Virus record (IMG/VR): IMGVR_UViG_3300020201_000458
Location: 1 to 64,000 of that record
DNA length: 64,000 nt
Source: an uncultured virus (IMG/VR IMGVR_UViG_3300020201_000458)
Taxonomy: Duplodnaviria > Heunggongvirae > Uroviricota > Caudoviricetes
Reading direction: 5' to 3' (one strand)
A model generated the notes under the pieces. It ran no database searches. It saw only the letters and a list, made by a program, of their open reading frames with translations, and was not told the origin of the DNA. The position numbers were made by a program, and so were the translations under genes. Positions within the stretch are counted from its first letter, which is position 1, and each line of letters begins with the position of its first letter. Positions 45,464-55,882 of the stretch are shown here, piece by piece.

Positions 45464-47317
45464 ATGTCAATCGACTTCAAAGAACGTACGATCAAGTACG
45501 TAAACAAAGACTTCCAGAGCATCAAGCGCGACCTGATGAACTTCACTCAGGCCCACCACAGCGGTGTGTTCCAGGACTTCAATGAATCATCACCTGGCAT
45601 GGCCCTTCTGGAACTCGTGGCATACGTCGGAGACGTCCTCTCATTCTATCAGGATCAGCAGTTCGAGGAACTTCGTCATGAGTCTGCTCGGCAGATAGAG
45701 AACGTCACTTCATTTGCAAAGGCTCTCGGATATAGACCATCCGGGAAGAGATCTGCTCGTGGAATTGTTTCGATCTTTGCCGAGGTCCCAGCATCAAACG
45801 TTGGAGGAGCCAGAGTTCCAGACGATGCATACTCTCCGATCATGAGGAGAGGCTCAAAACTTCAGGGACCTGCCGGGAACATTTTCGAAACGTTATCAGA
45901 CGTGATCTTTAGCGCATCTGCTCCGTCTGACAATACTGATAGCAACCGGATGGTGACTGGATCTCAATTTGACGACACCACTGGACTTCCGACGCACTTT
46001 GCTCTACGCAAAGATGTGGAAGTCATTGCTGGTGAAACAAAGACTGAGACGTTTACGATCGACCAGTTCGAAGCTTTCCGCACGATCGAGCTTACCGAAG
46101 AGGACGTCATCGAGGTACTTTCCGTCGTCGACAGTGATGGAAACGAGTGGCTGCAGGTTGACTACCTCACACAGGAAGTGATCTTCAACGCTTCCAATAA
46201 CGACGGCTCTGACAGTCGCGTCGTACCCTACGTCCTAAAGCTCAAGGCGGTACCAAGACGCTTCATTATAGATCGTGAACCTACGAATAACAAGACGTCC
46301 TTGATCTTCGGTTCTGGCGACGGCGTGAACTTTGACGATGAGTTGATCCCGAACATCGCAGACTTCGCGCTGCCAATCTCTGGACGTCAAGCATTCTCTT
46401 CGTTCAACATCGATCCACAGAACTTTTTGAAGACAAGAACGCTCGGGCTTAGCCCGTTTAGCACGACACTGACCATCACCTACCGAGTTGGTGGCGGAAT
46501 TCAAACAAACGTTCCACCAGGTTCAATCAAGTCCGTCAGTGAAGCGATACTAGAGTTCACGTCGACAAACGTCGATCCTATCAGAAAGTCTGACGTCGTT
46601 GGATCTATAGAATGCCTGAACGTCAAGAAGACGGAAGGTGGAGCTCCGGAGGAGTCAATCTCTGAGATTAAGGCGAACAGTTCAGCTTTCTTTGCAGCTC
46701 AGGATCGCGTCGTCACCCGCGAAGACTACCTTGCTCGTCTCTTCTCGATGCCGTCCAAGTTTGGAAAGGTCGAGAAAGCTTTCGTCCGCAAAGACGTCGT
46801 CAACGACACGGCGCTGGACATCCACGTCCTCTCGAAAGATGAATTCGGTCACATGGCCCAAGCCACTGCGACACTTATCAACAACATCAAGCGGTATCTC
46901 GCCAAATATAGGATGCTGACAGACGGGGTGAACATCCTCCAGACTGACATCATAAACATCAAGGTAAACTTCGGAGTCGTGATCTCTCCCAAGTACAACA
47001 GGAATGAAGTCATAGCCAAGTGTCTTAGCGTCCTCAAGGACAATTTGGAAATCGATATGATGCAGATCGGACAACCTATTGTGATCTCAGATCTCATCAG
47101 TCAGTTACAGAACGTTGTCGGCGTCATTTCTGTTTACGACATCCAAATCAAGAATGTCTTCGGAATACTTGGAGGACTTGACTACACAGACAATGTTGGG
47201 AACTCCGTTCGCTTCGACGTCCAGTCTTGGACGCAGAACGGTATCCTCTACTGTCCAGAGAACGCGATTTTCGAAGTGAAGTATCCGATGAAGGACATCA
47301 ATGGAGAATCGAAATGA
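45464..47317 (+). CDS. Baseplate wedge protein (T4 gp6 / baseplate J-like)
   Basis: KDFQSIK, LELVAYVGDVLSFY, FGSGDG, YRVGGG, AQDRVVTREDY. Confidence 0.88.
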   Translation: MSIDFKERTIKYVNKDFQSIKRDLMNFTQAHHSGVFQDFNESSPGMALLELVAYVGDVLSFYQDQQFEELRHESARQIENVTSFAKALGYRPSGKRSARGIVSIFAEVPASNVGGARVPDDAYSPIMRRGSKLQGPAGNIFETLSDVIFSASAPSDNTDSNRMVTGSQFDDTTGLPTHFALRKDVEVIAGETKTETFTIDQFEAFRTIELTEEDVIEVLSVVDSDGNEWLQVDYLTQEVIFNASNNDGSDSRVVPYVLKLKAVPRRFIIDREPTNNKTSLIFGSGDGVNFDDELIPNIADFALPISGRQAFSSFNIDPQNFLKTRTLGLSPFSTTLTITYRVGGGIQTNVPPGSIKSVSEAILEFTSTNVDPIRKSDVVGSIECLNVKKTEGGAPEESISEIKANSSAFFAAQDRVVTREDYLARLFSMPSKFGKVEKAFVRKDVVNDTALDIHVLSKDEFGHMAQATATLINNIKRYLAKYRMLTDGVNILQTDIINIKVNFGVVISPKYNRNEVIAKCLSVLKDNLEIDMMQIGQPIVISDLISQLQNVVGVISVYDIQIKNVFGILGGLDYTDNVGNSVRFDVQSWTQNGILYCPENAIFEVKYPMKDINGESK

Positions 47318-47501
47318 ACGGGATCATTTATCACGCTTTCGATACGAGCACTGGATGACAGTTCTGAATGCTACTCCCGAAACTAGATTAAACATGTCTC
47401 GAGCTGCCTCTTTGCGGAAAGCTTCTCTTGAAACAAAAATGAAAATGTCATCTTCACAAAAAGCAAGAAGAGAGCGCGAGCAAATCGGAGAACGACTCTA
47501 A
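47314..47501 (+). pseudogene. GIY-YIG/NUMOD3 endonuclease remnant
   Basis: MNGIIYHAFD* followed in another frame by TPETRLNMS...SLETKMKMS. Confidence 0.55.
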
Positions 47502-48841
47502 TGTTCTATAGGATCTTCTCATCCAAAGATACGTTCATCACGAACGAACGACTAAACGGTGGAACTCCGCTCACGTCTTCCAACTGTGGCGCATCTGAGA
47601 TCCTGCATGTTCATAAGCAGGCTGGGTTTGACCTCACGGCAAGCTTTGCCCATGCCATTACAGAATTTGATCTCGCGGAACTCGTCGATGTAACTGGCTC
47701 TGCCACGAGTATCGCATACTGGCTTAAGCTGACAGATACACAGCACGACCAGACTCTTCCTTCCAGTTTTGATCTCGAAGTTCAAGCGCTATCTCAGGAT
47801 TGGGACGAAGGTCGTGGACGTGACGTCGATTTCTTCTCTGACAAGGGTTTCGCAAACTGGGATAAGGCCAAGTCGAATTCTTTCTGGTCAGTTCCAGGCG
47901 CTTCAGGATCTGGACCGATCATCTCGACTCACTTCGATACGGGCCATGAAAATCTGGATGTCGATGTTACATCAATTGTCCAAGAGTGGTTGAGTGGTAA
48001 CATCACCAACAATGGATTCCTTGTGAAGATCTCTTCGTCACTCGAGGCCGATGATAAAGATTACTACGTCAAGATGTTTCATGGTCGGTCGACTCACTTT
48101 CTTGACAAGCGTCCGTTCCTAGAGGCGAGGTGGAACGATGCCGCCAGCGACGATCGAAACAACTTTTTCTTCGGTATCTCCGGTAGTCTCTTTCTGAACC
48201 ACGTTGTCCATGGACAACTCGTGAACATTCCTGAAGTCGGGACTGGACAGATTGGTGTTAGAGTAGTTGATGCTTCCGGTACCGTCGGGATCTTCACGGG
48301 GTCGCACTATCTTCCAGGGCAGTACAGTGTTACCTTCGCATTGCCAAGTGCGAGCTTCTCCGGTTCTCTCTTCCGTGACATCTGGTTCGATCTGGCGACG
48401 ACCCCGCGTTGGTACATGACTGGATCGTTCGGGATCGCAAATGACCTGAACTCCACAAACGTTCAGACGAAGAGGTATTTCGTCAATGTTACGAACCTCA
48501 AAGATGTGTACGACCTGGACGAGTCACCGCGGCTAGACCTGTTCGTCAGACCAAACGATTACAACCCAGCCCGAGTGCTCACCGCTTCACTGGATGCCAA
48601 CGGGACCGTGGTGACCAGGGGATACTACCGGATCGTAAACGATCGCACCGATGAGGTCGTTGTGCCCTTCGGCACGGGTTCCCTTCAATACACAAAGATG
48701 TCCTACGATCAGAAGGGAAACTACTTCAAACTTTTCATGAAGTCTCTGTCTTTGGGGAACGTGTACCGAATCATGTTCCTTCTCGATGTAGATGGACAGA
48801 GGCAATACATAGATCAAGGTTTCAAGTTTCGCGTGATCTAA
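47501..48841 (+). CDS. Virion structural protein (DNRLRE-like beta-sandwich)
   Basis: KDTFIT, WDEG, VDVTSIVQEWL..NNGFL; structural-gene context. Confidence 0.65.
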   Translation: MFYRIFSSKDTFITNERLNGGTPLTSSNCGASEILHVHKQAGFDLTASFAHAITEFDLAELVDVTGSATSIAYWLKLTDTQHDQTLPSSFDLEVQALSQDWDEGRGRDVDFFSDKGFANWDKAKSNSFWSVPGASGSGPIISTHFDTGHENLDVDVTSIVQEWLSGNITNNGFLVKISSSLEADDKDYYVKMFHGRSTHFLDKRPFLEARWNDAASDDRNNFFFGISGSLFLNHVVHGQLVNIPEVGTGQIGVRVVDASGTVGIFTGSHYLPGQYSVTFALPSASFSGSLFRDIWFDLATTPRWYMTGSFGIANDLNSTNVQTKRYFVNVTNLKDVYDLDESPRLDLFVRPNDYNPARVLTASLDANGTVVTRGYYRIVNDRTDEVVVPFGTGSLQYTKMSYDQKGNYFKLFMKSLSLGNVYRIMFLLDVDGQRQYIDQGFKFRVI

Positions 48842-48972
48842 TGAAACAATACGGGATTATCTATCATGCGCTTTGTATTAAGAATGGCAAAACCTATGTG
48901 GGCCAGACTATCAAATCACTCGATTGTCGGAAGGCAGCTCATCTCAAACCAACTGGAGGCTGCGCATATTGA
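48841..48972 (+). pseudogene. Truncated GIY-YIG endonuclease
   Basis: MKQYGIIYHALCIKNGKTYVGQT...* (43 aa). Confidence 0.7.
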
Positions 48973-49050
48973 GAGTCTAAAAAAATCACACCAGGGACTT
49001 TCCTGGAAAAAAGATCAGATCTCCGGCAAACTGATTTGGTCTAGGGTGGT

Positions 49051-49242
49051 GTGATGGACTCAGAGGAATTTCGTTTTGGCAAGAAGACAGAGTACGAGCT
49101 CGAACTGGCTCGTCTCCTTGCTGAGATAGGACAGCGACGCCGCCTGAAGCTTAGAATCACGAAACACGAAGAGAAGTACGAAGAGTTGGTGGAAGAGTAC
49201 GTGAGATTCTGCGGATCGGAGGAGGGAGATGGCCAAGAATAA
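49051..49242 (+). CDS. Small hypothetical protein
   Basis: ORF overlapping the next gene start. Confidence 0.4.
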   Translation: MMDSEEFRFGKKTEYELELARLLAEIGQRRRLKLRITKHEEKYEELVEEYVRFCGSEEGDGQE

Positions 49243-52165
49243 GCTCTTCTCTCTCTTCGATGAGAAGTTGTCACATCCTAACGAGCTGGTGTCCAGCCCG
49301 TCGCAGAACCTTGATTCGATCGGGAACGGTGTCGAGAGCTCTGATACTCTGCTTCGTAAGATCCAGCAGTTCGAGATCGTACGACCCAAGGTCGACTACT
49401 CAGATTTTGCGAACTTCGTATTCTTCAATTCGGCCCTTGACTACTTCAATATCACCGGCGAGAAGCTGCTGAACGAGTACCCTGTAGGAGGATCTAGCGA
49501 GAATCTGGAGTTCTTCCTGAATTCTCTGGACGATTACCAGCGAGATGTTGTCAGAGTATGGCCTAAGAGTCAAGGACACTTGAGGTTCCAGCCAACTTCT
49601 GGGTTTGCCTATATTGCCGTAGACGACGTGGGAAAGGATGCTGGTGTCTCACGCACGTCGATCATGAGTCCAGGTACTGGTTCTATCTCTATAGAATTCT
49701 GGGCCGTGTCTCCTCCGATATTAACTGGATCGAACAACGTTATGGTCGTCGCCCAGAAGGTGACCGGTTCTGGTGACGGATTCTCCGTTTTCTACTCTGG
49801 GTCAAATGCCTTTTTCACTATAAAATCAGGATCATCGACTGATTCGATTTCAGCTCCGCTTTCCCCGAACTCTCTACAGTACTTCTGCTTTGTATATGAT
49901 CGTGGCGCAGCCAGTCCTATCGTGAAGTCATTCACCGGCAGCGTTGGTGAATTTCCAGTACTGGTGTCATCTGTGACAGGATCAATCATGGGGTCCGTTG
50001 ATGCTGGTACGAGTCGCTTCAACATAGGGTCAGGTTCTCTTTCTTCAAAGGTTGTTCGTCCGTTTACAGGTTCTCTAGACGACGTTCGTTTCTGGCGTGC
50101 CGCTCGATCACTTGTTGATATAAGTTCAAGTTTTAACGCTCGTATCTACGCACAGGATGGACTATACGGTCTGTGGCGTTTCAATGAATCTGGATCTGTT
50201 CCATCTGGCGACGAGCGAACAATTGTCCAAGATCACTCAGGCTTCAAGCTCAATGGTCGGATTAAGAATTATTACACTGCGATACGTGGTTCAGGATCGA
50301 TCCTACCTTACGACTCGTCAGATCTGATCCTTTCATTGAACGCTCCAGAAGTAGCTGTATACATTGAGACGCAACAATTGTCTGGGACACTTTACGATAG
50401 ATACAATGACAACGGAATCACGCGACTTCTACCAGAGCAATTCTTCCTGTTAGAAGAATTCAAGAACACTGACGTCCTGAAGAATTTCCTATACGTCCTT
50501 GGCAGATACTTCGATTCAATTAAGGTCCGCATTGACCAGTTCGCGCATATTTTGCGTAGCAACTACGGTCAATTCAACCAGACACCAGATGCACTCCTCC
50601 AAGACATCGCAAAATTCTTTGGATGGGAATTCACAGGAAACTTCCTCAATTCTGACGTCATCCAGTACATCATCGGTAAGCAGGTACTTGCTAATACTGA
50701 GAGTAACAAACAACTTGATGTGAAGTTGTTTGAGATCAAGAATGAGTTCTGGAAGCGCACGCTCATAAACCTGATGCACCTATACAAGACGAAGGGGACC
50801 AGGGAGAGCGTGGAGTCGTTGCTACGAATCTACGGTGTGAACAAGAACTTTATCAGATTGAAGGAGTACGGATCCAAGCCAAATGCGGGCATCAGTACGT
50901 TCCGCATTTCTTCGGAGAAATCAGTACCCGCCATCACGTTCGGCAGTGGTAGTGCCATATCGACCAACAAAGTGACGTCAAAAGAGTTCAGAGGTCCAGT
51001 GAGGACGATAGAGACTCGGCTAAGATTTCCGACTGATCTCTCAGTCGAGATGACAGCCAGTCTTCTAACCGGCTCTATCTGGTCGATGAATACGGCGTCA
51101 GACGGATCTATGAAGCAGCGGTTGTACTTCACGAAGTCGTCTGTTTCTTCGACCACTGGAAGCCTCATCTATACAGGTTCCGAAGGAAACGTCGTCCTCG
51201 CGTCAGTTCCGATCTTCGACAACAAATGGTACAATGTCGTCGTCCTTAAAGACTATCTCTCATCTTCAGTGAGGATTGACGTACGAAAAATCGATCAGGG
51301 AGAGGTCACGTATCACTCGACATCCAGCCTGTTTACGCCACTCACATCAGATTCCAGTTCAGTCTACAAACTTCTGCTTGGATCTACAGGATCGTTACCT
51401 AGCCAACAGTGGATGCAGGAAGTCAGAGTGTGGACCGAGCCTCTCAGTGAAACGGAATTGAACGATCACGTCTTGAATTTCCAGAGCTACGGAACAGAAG
51501 AGATCAACGGACTCACTGAACTTACCTTGCACTGGAGACTCAACGAGAACGTGGAAGCTGGACTGACCGGTCAACTCTACAATCTGATCTTTGATTTTTC
51601 GGGACAAAATGTCACCGGTTCCGGTGAGGGATTCATCCCAGACATAACCCCGTATAAGAAATTCCTGAATGAATTCAACTACATTGCCTCGCCGGAGTAT
51701 GGCTGGAATGAAGAGAAGATCCGAAGTCTGGAGACTTCTACGGTGCTGCCCGCTGATGCATTCGTCGACAACCCACTGATCGGTCTAGAATTCAACCTGA
51801 CCGATGCACTCAATGAAGACATCTCCCAGATTTTGGCCACGATGGATGGCTTCAATGAATCTATGGGAGCTTCAGTGAACCTATACCGGGACAGCTATCA
51901 AGATCTTGATGTTCTCAGAGAGAACTATTTCAAGAGATTGAATGGATCGATCAACTTCCGGGTCTTCGCTGACCTCTTGGAGTTCTTTGATCGTTCCTTC
52001 ATCGATCTTATACGAAGGCTCATTCCAGCGAGGGCCACATTCCTCGGTGACGAGTTCGTGGTCGAGAGCCATATGCTAGAACGTCCGAAGCTTCAGTGGA
52101 ACTATCGGAGACGTGAAAGAGAGTTTCAGCCAGAAGGCGTGATCAAAGTCTTCATTAGATCCTAA
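49229..52165 (+). CDS. Baseplate/tail protein with LamG-like domains
   Basis: FTGSLDDVRFW, WMQEVRVW, LYKTKGTRESVESLL. Confidence 0.75.
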   Translation: MAKNKLFSLFDEKLSHPNELVSSPSQNLDSIGNGVESSDTLLRKIQQFEIVRPKVDYSDFANFVFFNSALDYFNITGEKLLNEYPVGGSSENLEFFLNSLDDYQRDVVRVWPKSQGHLRFQPTSGFAYIAVDDVGKDAGVSRTSIMSPGTGSISIEFWAVSPPILTGSNNVMVVAQKVTGSGDGFSVFYSGSNAFFTIKSGSSTDSISAPLSPNSLQYFCFVYDRGAASPIVKSFTGSVGEFPVLVSSVTGSIMGSVDAGTSRFNIGSGSLSSKVVRPFTGSLDDVRFWRAARSLVDISSSFNARIYAQDGLYGLWRFNESGSVPSGDERTIVQDHSGFKLNGRIKNYYTAIRGSGSILPYDSSDLILSLNAPEVAVYIETQQLSGTLYDRYNDNGITRLLPEQFFLLEEFKNTDVLKNFLYVLGRYFDSIKVRIDQFAHILRSNYGQFNQTPDALLQDIAKFFGWEFTGNFLNSDVIQYIIGKQVLANTESNKQLDVKLFEIKNEFWKRTLINLMHLYKTKGTRESVESLLRIYGVNKNFIRLKEYGSKPNAGISTFRISSEKSVPAITFGSGSAISTNKVTSKEFRGPVRTIETRLRFPTDLSVEMTASLLTGSIWSMNTASDGSMKQRLYFTKSSVSSTTGSLIYTGSEGNVVLASVPIFDNKWYNVVVLKDYLSSSVRIDVRKIDQGEVTYHSTSSLFTPLTSDSSSVYKLLLGSTGSLPSQQWMQEVRVWTEPLSETELNDHVLNFQSYGTEEINGLTELTLHWRLNENVEAGLTGQLYNLIFDFSGQNVTGSGEGFIPDITPYKKFLNEFNYIASPEYGWNEEKIRSLETSTVLPADAFVDNPLIGLEFNLTDALNEDISQILATMDGFNESMGASVNLYRDSYQDLDVLRENYFKRLNGSINFRVFADLLEFFDRSFIDLIRRLIPARATFLGDEFVVESHMLERPKLQWNYRRREREFQPEGVIKVFIRS

Positions 52166-52186
52166 TTAAGGAGCGAGGAACAAGAG

Positions 52187-54028
52187 ATGGCTGACTTCAT
52201 TATCACAGGTGGTACCAATTCCGGGACTTTGAACTTCCCGAAGACGGATCGTCACGCCACTCCACCCGGGACCGATCCTACCAAGATCATCTCTGGTTCG
52301 GAGTGGAACTCGTTGTGCCAAGCAGCTGTCGACATCCGGACGAATATCATCTCCGGATCTATCTTCGGCTTCGGGACACGATACGCCAATGCCGGTTCTA
52401 TTCCGAGCATTCCGGGCCACAGCAAGGCCACCGGCGATTACTTCTGGATCGATACTGATGCAGAGTTGAACTTCCACAAGAGAGACAATACTGACCATCA
52501 GATGGTCAGTATTGTCGTCTTCAATAGGATCGGCCTAAACGTTTTGGTCGCCTCTGGAACTGTGCACGCATATAGTGACGGCACAGATGCCAGGATGTTG
52601 ATCCTCCAGCAGGCGAACGTCTCCTCGATAAAGAACACGGCCGAATTCTTCCGAGAAGTAACTAACCACAAGATCCGCATCGGACAGTTCCAGAATGCCA
52701 CGGATGGTTGGGTCCCAGCGAATGCGATGATCGTTGAAGTGTTCGACGGTTCGACAACTCGTAACGTCATGCATGCCGACGTAGGTGGCACCCGAATCAC
52801 CCTGGGTCACACCACATCCTCCCCACAGTTGAGGGTTGGGATCAACACCATCACCCCGCTCAAACGTCTGGATATCAACGGTGACCTTCGAGTCGCCCAG
52901 ACCTCTTCCTTCGAAGATTCCGTCTACGTCACCGGTGCGTTGGGAGTCACTGGATCTTCAGACGTCATCGGACCGCTATCGGCATCAAGCGTAAGCGCCG
53001 GTGGAGCAAGACTTCAACCGCTTAACAACATCATCAACGGAAATTTCCAATTCTGGCAGCGTGGTGTCACTCCCGTCGTCCAGAATACGTCAAGTCCAAC
53101 GAGGACCTTCCATTCTGATCGTTGGTACTCTTACACACTAAAGTTTGGCGCTCCTGATACGCAGTTCACGACTTCCAAACAGACCTCGAGTCTTCCCAAC
53201 GACTATTGCGTTCGCATCAAGTGCGACACTTCTTCGGGAATCTTCACGGACAATTGGGGACTCATCGTACAAGAGGTTGACCGAGATCTTGTAAAACTCA
53301 TGCGCGGGAAGCGTGTCACTCTGACCGCCAAGCTGCGGACAGGATCTTCCTTCAGTGATTTCATTACCGCGTATATCGTTGAGAACACCGGATCTTCGAC
53401 TCAGAATCTGACGACATTTGGCGGCAGCAACGAGTTAAGTGCCAATTTCATTTCTACTGGTCTGACGACGTCATTCAAGAAGTTCTCCGTCACTTCGGCC
53501 AATCCCGTGTCGTCGATCGCGAATGGAGTAGCTATCTATTTCGGTTACGTTATCCAGGGTGGCCATCCTGGAACTGCTGATGACTACATTGATGTTTCCG
53601 AGGTCATGCTTACGATCGGAGAGTCGGTCCCCGAATTGTACGAGATGACTGGACAATCAGAAGCCGGAGAATTTAATCTCTGTCAGAGATACTACGAGAA
53701 ATCGTACGAACAAGATACCGCTCCCGGAACGAGTACTAGTTCTGGTTACCACGTCACTAACGTGCTCGCCATTACTGCTAACGACACTGATGCATGGTTC
53801 GTTGGTGCAAATCCTCGCTTTTTGGCAGATAAGCGCGTCGCCCCAACAGTATCTCTTTGGGACACCGACGGATCATCTGGGCAATGGCAGCTCGGCGGTG
53901 ACTATCTCTCTACTTCCGCCATCGCACTTAGCACTAAGGGATTCGTTATTGCGAATAATACGGGAGGTCCTGTGACCCCAACAGCAGGATATGCCTTTGG
54001 TCAGTGGATCGCTGACGCGGAGATTTGA
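52187..54028 (+). CDS. Tail fibre-like protein
   Basis: VGINT..P...LDING, NIINGNFQFWQRG, LCQRYYEKSY. Confidence 0.75.
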   Translation: MADFIITGGTNSGTLNFPKTDRHATPPGTDPTKIISGSEWNSLCQAAVDIRTNIISGSIFGFGTRYANAGSIPSIPGHSKATGDYFWIDTDAELNFHKRDNTDHQMVSIVVFNRIGLNVLVASGTVHAYSDGTDARMLILQQANVSSIKNTAEFFREVTNHKIRIGQFQNATDGWVPANAMIVEVFDGSTTRNVMHADVGGTRITLGHTTSSPQLRVGINTITPLKRLDINGDLRVAQTSSFEDSVYVTGALGVTGSSDVIGPLSASSVSAGGARLQPLNNIINGNFQFWQRGVTPVVQNTSSPTRTFHSDRWYSYTLKFGAPDTQFTTSKQTSSLPNDYCVRIKCDTSSGIFTDNWGLIVQEVDRDLVKLMRGKRVTLTAKLRTGSSFSDFITAYIVENTGSSTQNLTTFGGSNELSANFISTGLTTSFKKFSVTSANPVSSIANGVAIYFGYVIQGGHPGTADDYIDVSEVMLTIGESVPELYEMTGQSEAGEFNLCQRYYEKSYEQDTAPGTSTSSGYHVTNVLAITANDTDAWFVGANPRFLADKRVAPTVSLWDTDGSSGQWQLGGDYLSTSAIALSTKGFVIANNTGGPVTPTAGYAFGQWIADAEI

Positions 54029-54030
54029 CG

Positions 54031-54273
54031 ATGGCCAATAAGAGAGTCTACTACGCAGTCATAGTCTCAGGGTCGACGGTCTGTCTTGTCGATACGTTCA
54101 TGTCTGGGAATATCCCGTTGGCGGCGAATAACAAGGATTATCAGCAGTATCTACTTTTGTCCGCATCTAATAGGGCGATCGCAGTGGTAGATGAGGGATC
54201 GATTCCGAGCGGAACGATCAACAGTCCAGAAGTCTATTCCGACTTCACTGTTCCAGTGACATCTTCGCTCTAA
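54031..54273 (+). CDS. Putative tail fibre assembly/chaperone-like protein
   Basis: IPLAANNKDYQQYL motif directly after the fibre gene. Confidence 0.5.
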   Translation: MANKRVYYAVIVSGSTVCLVDTFMSGNIPLAANNKDYQQYLLLSASNRAIAVVDEGSIPSGTINSPEVYSDFTVPVTSSL

Positions 54274-54313
54274 ATGCGATCGACATAAGCGGTTCGGAGA
54301 ACCTGTAAATCTG

Positions 54314-55867
54314 ATGCCTGCTTCATACTCTTGGAATCTCGTTTCTGCCCCTCTATCAGGATCTCCTCCGAACGTCGGGACGTTTGTACCTCAAACCCCA
54401 TCTGGTATTGATCAACGTCGGAAACAGTTCGAAAGAGGAATCAAGTTCGCCAATGTTCCTGGCGGACGAGCAGATTTCGTAGTTCATGGCGGACCACGTG
54501 TCCATCATGTGAATAGTCTCCTGAATGTCTACCATGGACCTGGAGATGTAATCGTCGAAGATGGTCGATACAGCGGTGTCGTGAAGTTCAGGTTCAGAGA
54601 TTACCGTCGTTTCAAGATGCCTGATAGCATCAATAATCTTGAATTTCGGTCATCTGACAGATTTACCAATCCGGTCTTTCCGTTTACTGGACAATACTCT
54701 GCTGACCATATTTTCTTCACAGTCGCCTCTGGGTCTGTTTCTTTCCAGGGATCGATGAATGTGGGGAGATCTCGATATGTCTCTGGTCGTCTTCTCACTG
54801 ATCTGGCGATAGTGGCAGGTGGTTGGCTCTCGAACGGAATCACAGGAAGCGCTCTCAATTCAGCGCAGACTTTCTTCTCCGGGACTGGTCTGTGGACGAC
54901 CATAGCTACGATGCCGTTTTTCAAGAGTCAAGCGGCGGGAGTAGTTCTTTCAGGATCTGGAGACTTTGTTGTCTTCGGTGGGACGACTTCTAGCTTCTGG
55001 GATGCTGCTGAAGGTGCACGTGCCTGTCGGTACATAAGCGCAAGTGGCACATGGATTCCTACTGCCAACTCCGCCTCCGTGTCACGGCGTGACTTTGAAG
55101 TGGTTCAGATCCCAGATGGAAGGGTATTCCTACCGGGCGGCTTAGGACCATCCTTCACCGGAAGTGAGTTTTACAATCCAGCGACCAACACTTTCTCTGG
55201 AACTTCAGCTCTTCCACTCCCACCACTCAATCGGGAATCTTTTACCACGACGCTTTTGAGTGACGGAACCGTACTTGTCTGCGGCGGTCGTGATCCAGTA
55301 GATCTGGAGCCTTCAAGACATGCATTTAGATTCTATCCGACGATCCAGAGCTGGTCCATTGAACCATCGATGTCTGTCGGTAGAGCAGCTCATCAGGCAA
55401 CGTTCATCGATGGACAAGTCGTCGTCATGGGAGGATTTACTTCTGCGGCGACTGCTTCATTTCCATTCGGATTCCCGGGCCCAATCGGTGGGACTGGAGA
55501 TGACTTCGGAGCTAACGCTGACGTGGAGATGTATGATCCGAACTTAGGAACATGGCGGACCACTGCCCCGATGCCAGTGCCACGAGCTAGGTTTTCGACG
55601 TTCGGATATATCAAGGACGGTGGTCGGATCATTGTTTTCGGTGGGTATGGAAACGCTGAAGATCCAATCGAGCAGGTTGATTTGTACGCATTCGAAAATG
55701 ATGATTGGACGACTGTCACTCCATTGCCATCTGGAGTTTTCGATATAGACGTTGTTCAACTCAATTCTGTCGGTCAGACAACCCTTGATTTCAAGATACT
55801 AATTCCAGGAGGAGCTCTCTCAGGTTCGACATTCAGCGGTTCTCAACTGTACAGAACTTCTGGATGA
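54314..55867 (+). CDS. Kelch-repeat beta-propeller virion protein
   Basis: Repeated R...DG.V.V.GG...Y.P....W units. Confidence 0.82.
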   Translation: MPASYSWNLVSAPLSGSPPNVGTFVPQTPSGIDQRRKQFERGIKFANVPGGRADFVVHGGPRVHHVNSLLNVYHGPGDVIVEDGRYSGVVKFRFRDYRRFKMPDSINNLEFRSSDRFTNPVFPFTGQYSADHIFFTVASGSVSFQGSMNVGRSRYVSGRLLTDLAIVAGGWLSNGITGSALNSAQTFFSGTGLWTTIATMPFFKSQAAGVVLSGSGDFVVFGGTTSSFWDAAEGARACRYISASGTWIPTANSASVSRRDFEVVQIPDGRVFLPGGLGPSFTGSEFYNPATNTFSGTSALPLPPLNRESFTTTLLSDGTVLVCGGRDPVDLEPSRHAFRFYPTIQSWSIEPSMSVGRAAHQATFIDGQVVVMGGFTSAATASFPFGFPGPIGGTGDDFGANADVEMYDPNLGTWRTTAPMPVPRARFSTFGYIKDGGRIIVFGGYGNAEDPIEQVDLYAFENDDWTTVTPLPSGVFDIDVVQLNSVGQTTLDFKILIPGGALSGSTFSGSQLYRTSG

Positions 55868-55882
55868 ACCTACTTACTACAA

